A stretch of 64,000 nt of DNA. It comes from Squalus acanthias. Its lineage: Eukaryota. Positions 27,976 to 40,670 of the stretch are shown piece after piece. The DNA lies in the NCBI GenBank assembly GCA_030390025.1, contig CM059432.1, positions 87,298,001-87,362,000 of the forward strand. Direction: 5' to 3'. How positions within the stretch are numbered: the stretch's first letter is position 1; each line of letters opens with the position of its first letter. A program made the translations under genes and the position numbers. The notes below the pieces were generated by a model. That model did no database searches, was not told the DNA's origin, and saw nothing but the letters and a program-made list of their open reading frames with translations.

Positions 27976-30800
27976 CTATTCCCTTGCTCTATCCCCGTAG
28001 CCCTGCAATTTTATTTCCCTCAAGTGCCTATCCAGTCTCCCCTTGAAAACATTGAGTGTCTCCGCTTCCACCACTTCCGTCGGCAGCGAGTTCCAGGTCC
28101 TCACCACTCGCTGCGTAAAAAAGTTTTTCCTCACATCCCCCCTGAATCTCTTGCCCAAAACCTTAAATCTGTGTCCCCTAGTCCTTCTACAATCAACTAG
28201 TGGGAACAGCCTTTCCCCGTCTAGCCTATCCAAACGCATCATAATCTTGTACACCTCTATCAAACTACCCCACAGCCTCCTTTGCTCTAGTGAAAACAAA
28301 TCCAGCTTCTCCAACCTGTCCTTGTAGCTAAAATCCCCCATCCCTGGAACCGTTCTGGTAAATCTCCTCTGCACCTTCTCAAGAGCCTTCACATCCTTCC
28401 TAAAGTGTGGTGACCAGAACGGGACGCAATACTCCAGTTGTGGCCTAACCAGCACTTTATAAAGGTTCAGCATAACTTCTCTACTTTTGTACTCAATACC
28501 TCTATTTATGAAGCCCAAGATCCCATATGCTTTGCTAACAACTCTCTCAATATGTCCTGCCACCTTCAGGGACCTATGCACATTAACTCCCAGGTCCCTC
28601 TGTCCCTGCACACTCTTTAAAACTGTGCCATTAAGTGTATATTGCCTCTCCCTGATCCTTCTGCCAAAATGCATCATCTCACACTTTTCTGTATTAAATT
28701 CCATCTGCCACTTGTCTGCCCATTCTGCTAGCCTTTCTATGTCCTGTTGCAGTCGATTGGTATCATCATCACTGTTTGCCACACCCCCAAGTTTGGTGTC
28801 ATCGGCAAATTTAGAAATTCTACTTTGTATTCCAATATCCTGGTCATTTATATATATTAAAAAAAAGCAGTGGCCCCAGCACTGACCCTTGGGGAACACC
28901 ACTGTCTACCAGTCTGAAAAAAAGCCATTTACCACAACTCGCTGTTTTCTGTCCTTAAGCCAATTCCTTATCCAAGCTGCCACTGACCCACCTATTCCAT
29001 TAGCCTCAAATTTGTTAAACAGCCTTCTATGTGGTACTTTGTCAAATGGCTTCCTAAAATTCATGTAGACAATATCCATTGCATTCCCTTCATCGATCCT
29101 CCCTGTTACTTCATCAAAAAATTCAATTAGATTAGTCAAACATGATCGGCCTTTTCCAAATCTGTGTTGGCTCTTCTTAATTAGCTTAAACCTCTCCAAG
29201 TGCCCGTTAATTTTTTCCTTGATTATTGTTTCTAAAACTTTACCCACCACTGATGTTAAACTGACCGGCCTGTAGTTACTAGAATTGTCCTTACACCATT
29301 TCTTGAACAATGGTGTCACATTTGCCACTTTCCAATCCTCAGGCACCTCCTCCGCATTTAGGGAAGATTGGAAAATTATGGCAAGCCCTTTCGCTATCTC
29401 CTCCCCCAATTCCCTTAGCAATCTGGGATGCAAGCCATCTGGACCAGGTGACTTATCCACGCTAAGCATACCCAGCCTTTCTAGTACATCCTGTCTATCA
29501 ATTTTCACCCCTTCCATTGCTTCTACCTTTTCCACTGCTACTGATATTTTGTCAGCATCCACCTCCTTAGTAAACACCGATACAAAGAACTCATTGAGTA
29601 TTCTAGCCTTGCCCTGCGCCTCTAAGCATATAACACCTTCTTTGTCGCTAATAGGCCCCACCCCGCCTCTTACTACCCGCTTACTGTTTACATGCCGGTA
29701 GAAGATTTTTGGGTTCCCTTTTATGTTAACCACCATTCTACTCTCATATTCTCTCTTTGCCAATCTTATTTTCATCTTCACTTCCCCTCTCAACTTATTG
29801 TATTTGGTCTGGTTCTCCCTTGAAGAATTCACCTGACATGCATCATACACCCTCTTTTTTTGTTTCATCATCTTCTCTATCTCCCTCATCATCCAAGGAG
29901 CCCTTGCTTTGGTTCCCTTACCCTTCCCTCTTGTTGGAATGTACCTAGCCTGTAATTGGAACATCTCCTCCTTAAAGATCACCCATTGTTCCGTTACAGT
30001 TTTTCCTGTCAGTCTTTGGTTCCATTTTACCCTGGCTAGATCCTTTCGCATCCCATTGAAGTTAGCCCTATTCCAGTTTAGAAGTTCCACTCTAGATTGT
30101 TCCTTGCTCCTCTCCATTGCTAATCTAACTCTTGTGATACAATGATCATGCGTACCCAAGTGTTCTCCCACAGTCACTTGGTCGACTTGGCCCACCTCAT
30201 TCCCCAGCACCAGATCCAGCAATGCCTCCTTCCTAGTTGGGCCAAGAACATACTGGTCAAGGAAATTCTCCTGATCACATTTCAGAAATTCCTCCCCCTC
30301 CTTTCTCTTTACCCTAGCATTATCCCAATCGATATTTGGGTAATTAAAGTCCCCCATATCACTACTCTATAGCTGTTGCATATCTCTGCGATTTCCCTGC
30401 AGATTTGCTCCTCTACCTCCCTCTCACTATTTGGAGGCCTATAAAATACCCCCAATAGTGTGATCATACCCTTTTTGCTCCTCAACTCTAACCAAATGGA
30501 TTCTGTCCTTGTCCCCTCAAGAACATCCTCCCTTTCCAACACTACAATGTCTTCCTTAATCAGCACTGCCACCCCACCTCCCTTTTTTCCTTCCCTATCT
30601 TTTCTGAACACCTGTACCCTTGAATATTAAGTGCCCAGTCCTCACCGTTTTTAAGCCACGTTTCTGTTATTGCCACAACATCATATTGCCACACAGCTAA
30701 TTGTGCTTGTAGCTCACCAACCTTATTCACCACACTTTGTGCGTTTACGTACATGCATTCTAAACCCATTTTTGAATTTTTCGTAGTCTTTCTTGGTCTG
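27976..30800 (-). pseudogene. CR1 ORF2 (APE endonuclease plus RT) broken by about 3 frameshifts
   Basis: Fragments YVNAQS/AITETW, GGGVA/YRPP, GDFNYP/LLDLVL/DH, KSPGPDG/NYRPVSL, FADD lie in different frames. Breaks near 30610, 30355 and 28905. Confidence 0.9.
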
Positions 30801-30933
30801 CTCCTATCTAATATGGTACTACTTCCGCCTCTAATACTACTTTCTTCTCTAGTACTATCCAACACACTCACTCTTTCATGCACCTTATTCCTCTTTTCTA
30901 CTCCTATATGCTGGTGCCCATCCCCCTGCCAAG

Positions 30934-31884
30934 CTAGTTTAAACCCTCCCCAACAGCACTAGCAAATCTCCCCACGAGAATATTGGTCCCGGCTCTGTTG
31001 AGGTGTAATCCGTCCGGCTTGTACAGGTCACACCTTCCCCAGAAACGGTCCCAATGCCTCAGGAATCTAAAGCCCTCCCTCCTGGACCATCTCTCCAGCC
31101 ATGCATTCATCTGTTCTATCCTCCTATTCTTGTACTCACTAGCACGTGGCACTGGGAGTAATCCGGAGATTACTACCTTTGAGGTCCTGCTTTTTAATCT
31201 CTCTCCTAGCTCCCTAAACTCTGCCTGCAGGACCTCATCCCTCTTTCTGCCTATGTTGTTGGTACCGATATGGACAACGACCTCTGGCTGTTCACCCTCC
31301 CCCCTCAGAGTGTCCTGCAGCCACTCAGTGACATCCTTGACCCTGGCACCAGGGAGGCAACATACCATCCTGGAGTCACGTCTGCAGCCGCAAAAACGCC
31401 TGTCTGCTCCCCTAACTATCGAATCCCCTACCACTATTGCTCTTCCACTCTTTTTCCTCCCCCCCTGTGCAGCTGAGCCACCAGTGGTGCCTTGGACTTG
31501 TATCTGGCTGCACTCCCCAGCGGAACCATCGCCCCCACCAGTACTCAGAACAGAATACTGGTTGGAGATCGAGATGCCCTCCGGGGACTCCTGCACTACC
31601 TGCCTGGTCCTCCTCTTCTGTCTGGCGGTCACCCATTCCCTCTCTGCCTGCATACTCTTAAGCTGTGGGGTGACCACCTCCAGAAACATGCTATCCACGT
31701 AACTCTCAGCCTCACGGATGCACCGCAGTGACTCCAGCCGCCGCTCAAGCTCTGAAACATGGATCTCGAGTTGCTGTAGTTGGCGACACTTCCCGCCCAT
31801 GTGGTCGTCCAGGCTACGCGAAGCGTCCAGGAAATCCCACATGGCACAGGATGTGCACTCTACGGGACTGAGCTGCCCTGCCAT
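30934..31884 (-). CDS. CR1 ORF1p: Zn-finger/leucine-zipper plus SGNH esterase domain (316 aa, open)
   Basis: MAGQLSPVECTSCAMW..., heptads LQQLEIHVSELERRLESLR, SGNH blocks VGDSIV, LPGARV, HIGTNN, DGLHLN. Confidence 0.88.
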   Translation of the reverse strand: MAGQLSPVECTSCAMWDFLDASRSLDDHMGGKCRQLQQLEIHVSELERRLESLRCIREAESYVDSMFLEVVTPQLKSMQAEREWVTARQKRRTRQVVQESPEGISISNQYSVLSTGGGDGSAGECSQIQVQGTTGGSAAQGGRKKSGRAIVVGDSIVRGADRRFCGCRRDSRMVCCLPGARVKDVTEWLQDTLRGEGEQPEVVVHIGTNNIGRKRDEVLQAEFRELGERLKSRTSKVVISGLLPVPRASEYKNRRIEQMNAWLERWSRREGFRFLRHWDRFWGRCDLYKPDGLHLNRAGTNILVGRFASAVGEGLN

Positions 31885-32109
31885 GCCTCTAATTAATAGA
31901 CTAAGAACTAACTTAGCAGAAGTAAACTTAAAACTTAAAAAAAACACTCACCAACTACTCACCAATCAGCTCCTTCCCTTGTGCCAACGTCACTTTTTCT
32001 ACTCTGACGTCACTCTTTCGGATTCTGACTCTGTTGAGCTGCTGCCTCTTTCGCTCTGCTCCTGCTCTGGTCTCGCCCCAGGTCCGCTGCCTTCACTTCC
32101 TCTCGTGTT

Positions 32110-32556
32110 CTTTACAGCGCTGCTGCCTCCGCTCCTCTCACCGCTGATCTCGCGCTCTTTACAGTGCTGCTGCCTCCGCTCCTCTCGCCGCTGCTGCCTC
32201 CGCTCCTCTCACCGCTGATCTCGCGCTCTTTACAGTGCTGCTGCCTCCGCTCCTCTCGCCGCTGCTGCCTCCGCTCCTCTCACCGCTGATCTCGCGCTCT
32301 TTACAGCGCTGCTGCCTCCGCTCCTCTCGCCGCTGCTCCCGCTCCTCTCGCCGCTGCTCCCGCTCCTCTCGCCGCTGCTCCCGCTCCTCTCGCCGCTGCT
32401 CCCGCTCCTCTCGCCGCTGCTCCCGCTCCTCTCGCCGCTGCTCCCGCTCCTCTCGCCGCTGCTCCCGCTCCTCTCGCCGCTGCTCCCGCTCCTCTCGCCG
32501 CTGCTCCCGCTCCTCTCGCCGCTGCTCCCGCTCCTCTCGCCACTGCTCCCGCTGCT
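32110..32556. repeat. CR1 5'-end tandem array: about 10 x 21-bp unit CGCTCCTCTCGCCGCTGCTCC plus longer variant units
   Basis: Directly visible; produces the RSSRRCS and AARGAGA pseudo-ORFs. Confidence 0.92.
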
Positions 32557-33165
32557 GGTGGAAGATGGAAGGCCAGCTAGGAGAGCATTGGAATAGTCGA
32601 GTTTGGAGGAAATTTTTTTTTGAGGGTTTCAGTAGCAGATGGGCAGAGGCAGAGGCGGAGATGGGCGATATTACGGAAGTGGATGTAGGCGATCTCTGTG
32701 ATGGAATAGATATGGGGTTGGTAGTTTAGCTCCAGGTCAAATAGTATGCTGAGGTTGTGAACTGTCTGGTTCAACCTGTCCAGGGAGGGGGATGGAATCA
32801 TTAGCTAGGGAACACAGTTTGTGGCGGGTGCTGAAGACAATGGCTTCAGTCTTCCCAGTGTTTAATTGGAGGAAATTTCAGCTCATCCAAGACTGGATGT
32901 CAGACAATTAGTCTAACGACACAGATGCAACGGAAGGGTTGAGAGAGGTGGTGGTGAGGTAGAGCTAGGTATCATCAGTGTACATGTGGAACCCGATGTT
33001 GTGTCTTCAGATGATGTTGCTGAGGGGCAGCATGTAGATGATAAATAGGAGAGGGGAGGGGGTGCAAGGATTGATCCTTGGGGGACTTTGATGCGGGAGC
33101 GGGAAGAGAAATCATTGCAGGAGATTCTCTGGCTACAATGGGATAGATAAGAGTGGAACCGCTTG
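32557..33165 (-). mobile_element. L2 LINE, 5' half of the element split by CR1
   Basis: Continues the L2 consensus seen at 50940-51560 (GGAAGGCCAGCTAGGAGAGCATTGGAATAGTC...). Confidence 0.8.
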
Positions 33166-35559
33166 AACAGGCAGACAGAGCCACAGTTTAACCACTCCGC
33201 TGAAAGTCAGTGTCAGAGTTAACCTAGACTATGTATTAAGTTCTGGAGTGCAGCTTGAACTCATAACCCATTGACTCAAAAACAGGAGGCTACCAAATGA
33301 GCCAAACCTGACCTTTGCAGTAGATTGAATGGAATCTATCACTTTTTCATCATGATTGTTTCATTGTTCTCAGCTTTTTGATGCCTCACTGATGCCTTGC
33401 TCTGCTGTGGCTGTTAATTAGATTGGATATTGGTGTTGATGAAATGGTAGTTTTTCTCATTAGCAAAAGATTTCCTCAGAACTCACCAGTGCAAAATGTT
33501 GCAAATCATTGACATGATAACATTTTTAATGTAACTGCAATGAATCAAAATGCCCAAGGTATATATGTTTACTATAAGAATGCACATCATTTAGAAGAAT
33601 CTTCAGTGCATCTTCAAAGGAAGATTCCAGGGTACTGTCCTGTAATGTTTCCATTCCTGGTTGCTGTCAGCTCCTTTAGCACCTAGGACAGTAAAATACC
33701 TTTAGTAAAAGAATAGCTCTTAAAGTTGACCCACTAAGTAATCTTAATGGACAATGCTCATGAAGCACCAGTAATCCTGACTCAAAGTGTAAAGGGGAGC
33801 TAACATGATTTGCTTCCCCAGCCCAAACATCTGTGATGATGTTGCTCCATGCAGTAAATTACTGACTTCCCTCCTCTCATCCAACTTAGTCCCTAATGCA
33901 AGGAGTGAGGTTGGAGCAAAAGTTACTACTGGATGGATAGGGCGGAACTTGCCGACAGGAAGCAACCTTAGTCAGTGTCCCTGAATGCTCTAGTAGTTCT
34001 TTCACCTGCTGACCAAAGACATCCTTACCATTAAGTAAAAATGATAAAACAGAATGAAAAGGGCAGGAAACTGTGCTTCAATTTCTAAGGCATTCACCTT
34101 ATTGTTGCAGGAAACTAACTGAATGGGACCCCTGACCCAAAGAAGCAAAGATCTTCTACTATATGGACATTCTATGTTCTGAGGATCCTGCCCAATGAAT
34201 GTCGCAGCAGGCTGATCAGAAATAGAGAGTACTTAGCAAGAAATACCTTTGTCACCATAGGGTAGAAATTATGATTGGTACTGTTCTTATACAAAGTTTA
34301 ATGCCGTAATACTAAATTCCTCTCTGCAGTATTTTAAAACAGCATTAAGTGTTCATACAAAATCAGTGCCAGTTGTAATTTCTATCTCATGAGTCCAACC
34401 ACTTTTGTGCTGTGAGTTGAAACTTGCCAAATTAATTTGATATAGAATCCTTACAACTAGCAATGACTTTCATCCCATCAGTCTGGGCTGGATTTAAACC
34501 CAGAACCCAGAAGGAAAAAAGTGTATGGTAACTCACTGAGTTACCCATTTTCCCTGATGAAAACACTTCTTTGAAGGATCTGGCTATGACACAACATCAC
34601 GTTGAAGGATTTTTCAATTCCTTATAGACTATACATAATGAGCAATTCGATAGCTTGTTTCTGTAATTGATAAACACCTTACACCCATTGTGTTGGAAAT
34701 TTTTTTAAATTTCTTTCTGATTGTGAAAGTCAAGAAATACAGTAGAATGCCAGACACCTAGAAAGCAGCCTAGCTTTAGCAACAGATGCAGCAGCTGAGT
34801 AAAAAGGGTGCACAAAAGGATGTTTCAAAAAGCCAGGGTGCGGAGGAGTTTGTTTTAGTCAAGCAAAATGATCCACGGAAGTGGGCAGTGTAGTGCTTTC
34901 ATTATTTTGGTGTGTTATGTGAAGAACTAAGTGAATCCAATCATTATCCTTTACTCTGTACATTTATCTTACAGTGGAATACATAAGGCTAGACTGCAGG
35001 AAGGCTGCAGGGCTTCCACTGAGGACACTTCAGATGAAACTGGAAACCAGTATTTATTACCCATCTCTAGTTGCCCTGAGAGTCAACCACATAGTGTGGG
35101 ATTGATGTCACATGTAGGCCATACCAGCCATTGGTGGTAAATTCCATTCCCTGAACGTCATTAATGAACCAATTAGGTTTCTATGACAATTCAGCAGCTT
35201 TCAAGGTCATTTTTCTGGTGCAAGCCTACAAATTGCCAGATTTTTTGAATTCAATTTTACAACTTGCCATAGTAGATTTTGAACTCGCGATCTCTGGGTT
35301 GTTAGTCCAGTACTACAAGTTACGAGGAAGCCATACCCGTGGAAACAAAAAAAAAAGAAGTCTGGTGGTGACAAAGGCGCATATGAGAGTTTACATGGTA
35401 GATGGGCTGGAATAGTGGCAGAGGCAGGCAGTGACATAGAGATGAAGTAGGTGGTGTTTTAATGAAGAAGATATGTGGTCAGAAGCTCATCTTGGGGTTG
35501 AAGAGGATGCCGAGGTCACAGCTCGTGTACTTCCTGGGATCAGGGAAAGTTCCCTAATT

Positions 35560-36645
35560 TTAATTGGATGAAGGTAACCCAGTAGACATTGTCTACCTGG
35601 ATTTTCAGAATGCTTTTGCTAAGTTACCTCACAAAAGGCTTCTCTAGAAGCTAAGATCTTATGGAATTAATGGTAATCGGCTGCGATGGATTGAGAATTG
35701 GATGAGTTCCCATAGGATTTGAATCTGCTTGGAACCCAGTTACCACTGGTGTCCCACAGGGAATGGTGTTATTTGCTATTTACTAATTTTATTAATGATC
35801 TAGATGTAGGTGTTAGGGGAATCATTTGCAAGTTTGCAGACGACACCAAGATATGTGCGAGCGTTAGATGAGAGGATGCTCATCTACTGCAAGCAGATCA
35901 CAATGTTTTGGGGGAATGGGCCCATGTTTGGCAAATAATGTTTAACTTGGAAAAGCGTAGTGTTATGCATGTGGGAAGGTCTAATGCTAAATATACATAC
36001 ACCCTGTAGGGAACAGAATTGAAGCCAGTTGTGAAAGAGAGTGATCTGGGTGTTACAGGGCATCACTCTCTAAAGGTTCATTACCAATGCCGTGAAGCTG
36101 TAGTTGAAGTAAACAGGGCTCTAGGCTCTATTCACAGGACAATTCACTAAAAAAAAGCATACCATTTTGTCCTTATATAAGACCTTGGTTAGGCCTCAGT
36201 TAGAATACTGTGTCCAGTTTTGGTCTCTTCACATGGTGGAGGATATTGAAGCTTTGGAAAGGGTGCAGAGGAGGCCCACAAGAGTAATTCCCAATTTAAA
36301 GCACTTCAGTTACGCAGATAGGCTCAAAGAACTGGGTCTGTATACTTTAGAAAAGTGTAGACTCATGGGCAATTTGATCAATAAATATATAATAAAATAA
36401 TGAAGGACTAGATTGTGTTTATGTGGACCAATTATTTGAACTGGATTGTTTAGGGAGGGCCAGAGGTCACACTTACAAGTGAAGTAAGGTCAGATCTCAG
36501 TTGGATGTTAGGCAGTTCTTCTTTTCCAGAGAATAGTTGATCTTTGGAACAGGTTGCCGGCTCGTGCAATGAACACTGATTCGCTGGTATTCCTTCAAGA
36601 GAGAGCTAGACCTTTTCTGACTGGAGCAGAGATCACCTTGTACAA
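35560..36645 (+). mobile_element. Decayed CR1 RT fragment (tail resumes at about 37126-37378)
   Basis: [39 protein letters not shown]. Confidence 0.82.
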
Positions 36646-36650
36646 GAGCT

Positions 36651-37125
36651 AGCTGCGCAGCGTAAGCTCGAGGAACAGCACCTCATCTTTCGTTTAGGCA
36701 CGCTACAGCCCTCTGGACTCAATATCGAGTTCAACAATTTTAGATCATAACCTCAGCTCCAATCACATTTATATTTTATTTTTTCCACCCTTTTATTTGC
36801 CCCCCCCACCTTTTTATTCCTCCTAGAAGCTGGCAGCTGTCCTTCATTCTGCCAGTGGATTTCACACTTCTTTCAGCCTTAATCTGTCACATTAACACCA
36901 CCTCTAGCCTTGCATATCTCTTTATGTCTCTTAATGTCTCTTCATCTCCCCCTTTGTTCTTTTATCCCCTCCCCTTTTCCCAGCTTTACCCTGGCCTTAA
37001 ATCTATTTGATTTCCGGCTCTTCCCAGTTCTGACGAAAGGTCATCGACCTGAAACGTTAACTCTCTTTCTCTCTCCACGGATGCTGCCTGGCCTGCTGAG
37101 TTTTTCCAGCGTTTTCTGTTGTTAT
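36651..37125 (+). mobile_element. Penelope-like element 3' fragment (GIY-YIG C-terminus plus 3' UTR)
   Basis: Frame 36658-36750 reads QRKLEEQHLIFRLGTLQPSGLNIEFNNFRS*, the E..I..L.T..P.GLN signature of PLE GIY-YIG endonucleases. It is followed by a pyrimidine-rich UTR and a hammerhead motif. Confidence 0.8.
37026..37062 (+). ncRNA. Minimal type I hammerhead ribozyme motif in the PLE end
   Basis: AGTT-CTGACGA-A-AGGTC(ATC)GACCT-GAAACGT^T-AACT: core boxes, 5-bp stem II, palindromic ACGT stem III, 4-bp stem I. Confidence 0.7.
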
Positions 37126-38332
37126 ACCATATAATATGTCAGGACCAATGTGATCTCCTGGACTAGCTTCAATCACCTAAAGTGGTCGGAGAGGACTTTT
37201 ACAGATTTTTCCACAAATTGGCCTGGGTTTTTATCTGGCTTTTTGCCTCACCCAGAGATTACATGTCTGCAGGTGGTTAGGGGGAGTCTTTATTGTAATG
37301 CGTAGGGCACCACAACTATATGGGACAGGCTAGATGTACCAGTCGGTCTTTTCCTGTCCTCCATTTTCATATGTTCGTACCTCTCAGGCATCTGCCAGTT
37401 GAGGGAGGCAGGAAATCCTGGTGGAGGGTGCCCACTCCAGCAAATGGTGCTGGGCTTCCTCATGGAAAAATCTCAGAATTTTGCCCATTGGTTACTTTAT
37501 AAGGGGGCAGAAATATCGTGAAGAATTTTTGAAATCATTGGGGGTGTAAGCTACAATCCTGGCCCAGAGCCTGAGGTGGGCTGCAATTCCACCGGCTGGC
37601 TGGCCAGAAATGAGAAAACTCCCAGCCTGGCCCCGCTCCCTTTGACATGGATGACCTTGTTTGAGTGGGGAGGTGGGGGGGAACTTCCATCCCAAACAAG
37701 GCCCCAAGGAAACTTCTGGTGGGAAGGGCGCGGAGCCAGCACAACTGGGTCCTGGCCTCATAGTCACTTCATCTGCTGCATTCCTATCAAACTTATGGTG
37801 GGAGTGTGCTGGAACAGCTATGGATTTTCACTCCCATAATCTTCACTTCCGATTTTGTGTCTATGCACTTTTGAAATAGCATTGCATTGATCCAATTTGG
37901 CAGTATAGCTATTTCCTAATTCTATTATTTATGTTACTGTACTTAAAATTTTAACTCTAACAAAAAGCAAACTCCCAGAATTGCTAACAGTAAAAAAAGT
38001 CAATTATAGGCAGACGTAAAATGGAACCCTCTCCAGGTCATATGAAAGATTGTACTAAATAATATACCACAGCTCATAATAAAACAGCATGCTACATTCA
38101 CTCTACAAATGACTGAGGTACAATGACTTTGCAGAAACCAGCCAATCTTATTTCCTGTCTTATTTGCTGGGTGTGAAGCAAATACTGTTGCACATCTGGA
38201 AATAAAGAAAGTAGTCAGAATGTCTGCATTTGTACAATGTGGAATAGTGTACAAAATTATGTTATTTTGCTCCTTTGGAAAATGCGTAACATTGTTGTAA
38301 ATTGTTTCCTTCAATAAATATTTTCTGTAAGC

Positions 38333-39053
38333 TATTGTTTTTGGTCCCCACCACAAACTCCGTTCCCTAGCCACTGACTCCATCCCTCTTCCTAACATCT
38401 GTCTGAGGCTGAACCACACTGTTCGCAATCTTGGTGTCATACTTGACCCTGAAATGAGCTTCTGACCACACATCCACGGCACAACTAAGACCGCCTATTT
38501 CCACCTCCGTAACATCGCCTGTCTCCGCCCTTGCCTCAGCTCATCCGCTGCTGAAACCCTCATCCATGCCTTTGTTACCTCTAGACTTGACTATTCCAAC
38601 GCACTCCTGGCTGGCCTCCAACATTCTACCCTACGTAAACTTGAAGTCATCCAAAACTCGGCTGCCCGTGTCCTAACTCGCACCAAGTCCCGTTCAGCTA
38701 TCACCCCTGTGCTCGCTGATCTACATTGGCTCCCGGTTAAGCCGCGCCTCAATTTCAAAATTCTCATCTTTGTTTTCAACTACCTCCATTGCATCGCCCC
38801 TCCCTACCTCTGTAATCTTCTCCAGCCCCAAACCCCCAAGATATCTGCGCTCCTCTAATTCTGCCCTCTTGAGCATCCCTGATTATAATTGCTCAACCTT
38901 TGGTGGCCGTGCCTTCTGTTGCCTAGGCCCTAAGCTCTGGAATTCCCTGCCTAAACCTCTCAAATTTTTTTTTGTCTTATAATATTCCTGTGAAGCGCCT
39001 TGGGACGTTTTACTATGTTAAAGGTGCTATTTAAATACAAGTTGTTGTTGTTG
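38333..39053 (+). mobile_element. L2 LINE 3' fragment
   Basis: Homologous to 6286-7152 and 50428-51570; (GTT)n tail. Confidence 0.85.
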
Positions 39054-39116
39054 TACAATATCTTGAGGATGCTGGATTTGTAGGGAACTCATCACCATGA
39101 CCTTATTCAACATTTA

Positions 39117-39749
39117 GGGCTGGAACTTCCTTTGTCTACCTAAAAGAGTTTTGGCAGGACTTTTTCCCACCACTTCAACCCTGCCATGACCCCAGACAAG
39201 TTTCCTGGGTTGGGGTCATTATGTCTTCATCCTGGAAGGATACCTGCCAACAAGTGAGAGCCCAGCAGTGTCCCCTGGAAGATCGAGGCACTGTTGCAAT
39301 GGGACCACAGCTGCACCATCCAAAGAGACAAGGAGGCAAGATTAAAGGGGCCACAAGACCCTGAAGACTGCACCAACTCTTTTACTGAAGGCCAGGGCTG
39401 GGACTGAGCGCTTCAGCAATTAAGTGATTGATGTGAAATGGAAGGAGAAGAGGCCTCCACCTTCAATTACAACATTCGGGGACATTACTGCTGCTACTGT
39501 TGGCCTACCACCACCATTAACCTTGGGAACAGTGGTAAGGGGGTGAACAGGAGGCAAATGGGACAAGTACTGGGGCCTTGCTACAACGTTTCCAACCCCC
39601 CCCCCCCCCGCCATTAGCACTTGCATGTGGTGGGCAGGGAATGGGTGGGGGAAGGAAAATCAAAATTAGGGTAGGGAGCTGGTGGTAGGCCTTGCCGACT
39701 AATTTTCCCTGTTGGTTGTGCCAAGGGATAGCAGTAGAAAATCCAGGCC
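39117..39749. mobile_element. Harbinger-type MITE
   Basis: TTA TSD on both sides; imperfect TIRs GGGCTGGAACTTC / GAAAATCCAGGCC. Confidence 0.55.
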
Positions 39750-40670
39750 TTAATGTTACTGTGATTGCTGAACACATGAAATAATGATCCCTAAAGTATA
39801 TAGCAAATAATTCAGATATAAGAGGCACCAACAATGATTATAAATATATCTTGTACACTAACCATGCAATTAAAGTGCTACCCATTATTTGTTACTTCAT
39901 CTAAAAATATATTCAATATCTATATTAGAAAAACTTTGATACAGAGCAGCAGGTATATACGTGGATAATATTCAAAATTGTTTCCTGTGCATTGTTATCC
40001 CACCTTTAATAAACTGAGACACTGGAGTGTTATACAAGGAGCTACTATTGTTTCTGCTAATCCTAAGGGTCCGGCTGTTATTTCTGATAACCCTAACACT
40101 GCTACATGACAATACCCACTTTATTTCAAAAGTAAATTACATATACTATAAGAGACCTAGGGGTAAAAATTCAGTTGGTTGCGCCTCCCGCTAGCGCCTT
40201 AAGTGGGCGCTAATGGGGCGCAAAGCCGCTAACGCCCGGGCGCAGCGATGTTTGCGCCGCTCGGGAACTTAACTAGAGATTGTGCGGCGGCGCTAAACTT
40301 TACCGCTGCGACCACCTGCGCGCGCAGATTGTGACGTCATTCCATGGTGCAACGCCCTTGTGGCGCCCCGGAGCGGAAATTGAGTGGCGCCCCCTGCCTT
40401 ACCGCCTGGCGCATCCAACGACTGGAAGACTGGAATGCTATCAATCGCTGTGGGGCTGGGGGGGGCGCTATTTAAAGGGGGCCTCTTCCTGTCTTTTTCT
40501 GTGGTGGACATTTTTGCACCACTCGTTCTGAGAGAGAGAGAGAGATTCGGAGAGAGAGAAAGAGAGACTTCTGCATTGACTCAACGCTTTGTGAGGTAGT
40601 TTTGCCTACTGATCCTAACTTCGCTAGTACTTTAGTTGCTGTCCTTCATTACTTTGCTTGCAAAGAGACT

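Larger units (their letters stand above)
27886..32556 (-). mobile_element. Near full-length CR1 LINE (5' tandem repeats, ORF1, disrupted ORF2, microsatellite-like tail)
   Basis: ORF1 and ORF2 as listed below. 3' tail of TATGACTC-like repeats at about 27886-27910. The flanks rejoin as a continuous L2. Confidence 0.92.

Noticed and set aside
32235..32729. Arg/Ser- and Ala/Gly-rich ORFs; possible CRISPR-like array
   Set aside because: Head-to-tail 21-bp tandem repeats with no unique spacers, at the CR1 5' end in a vertebrate genome.
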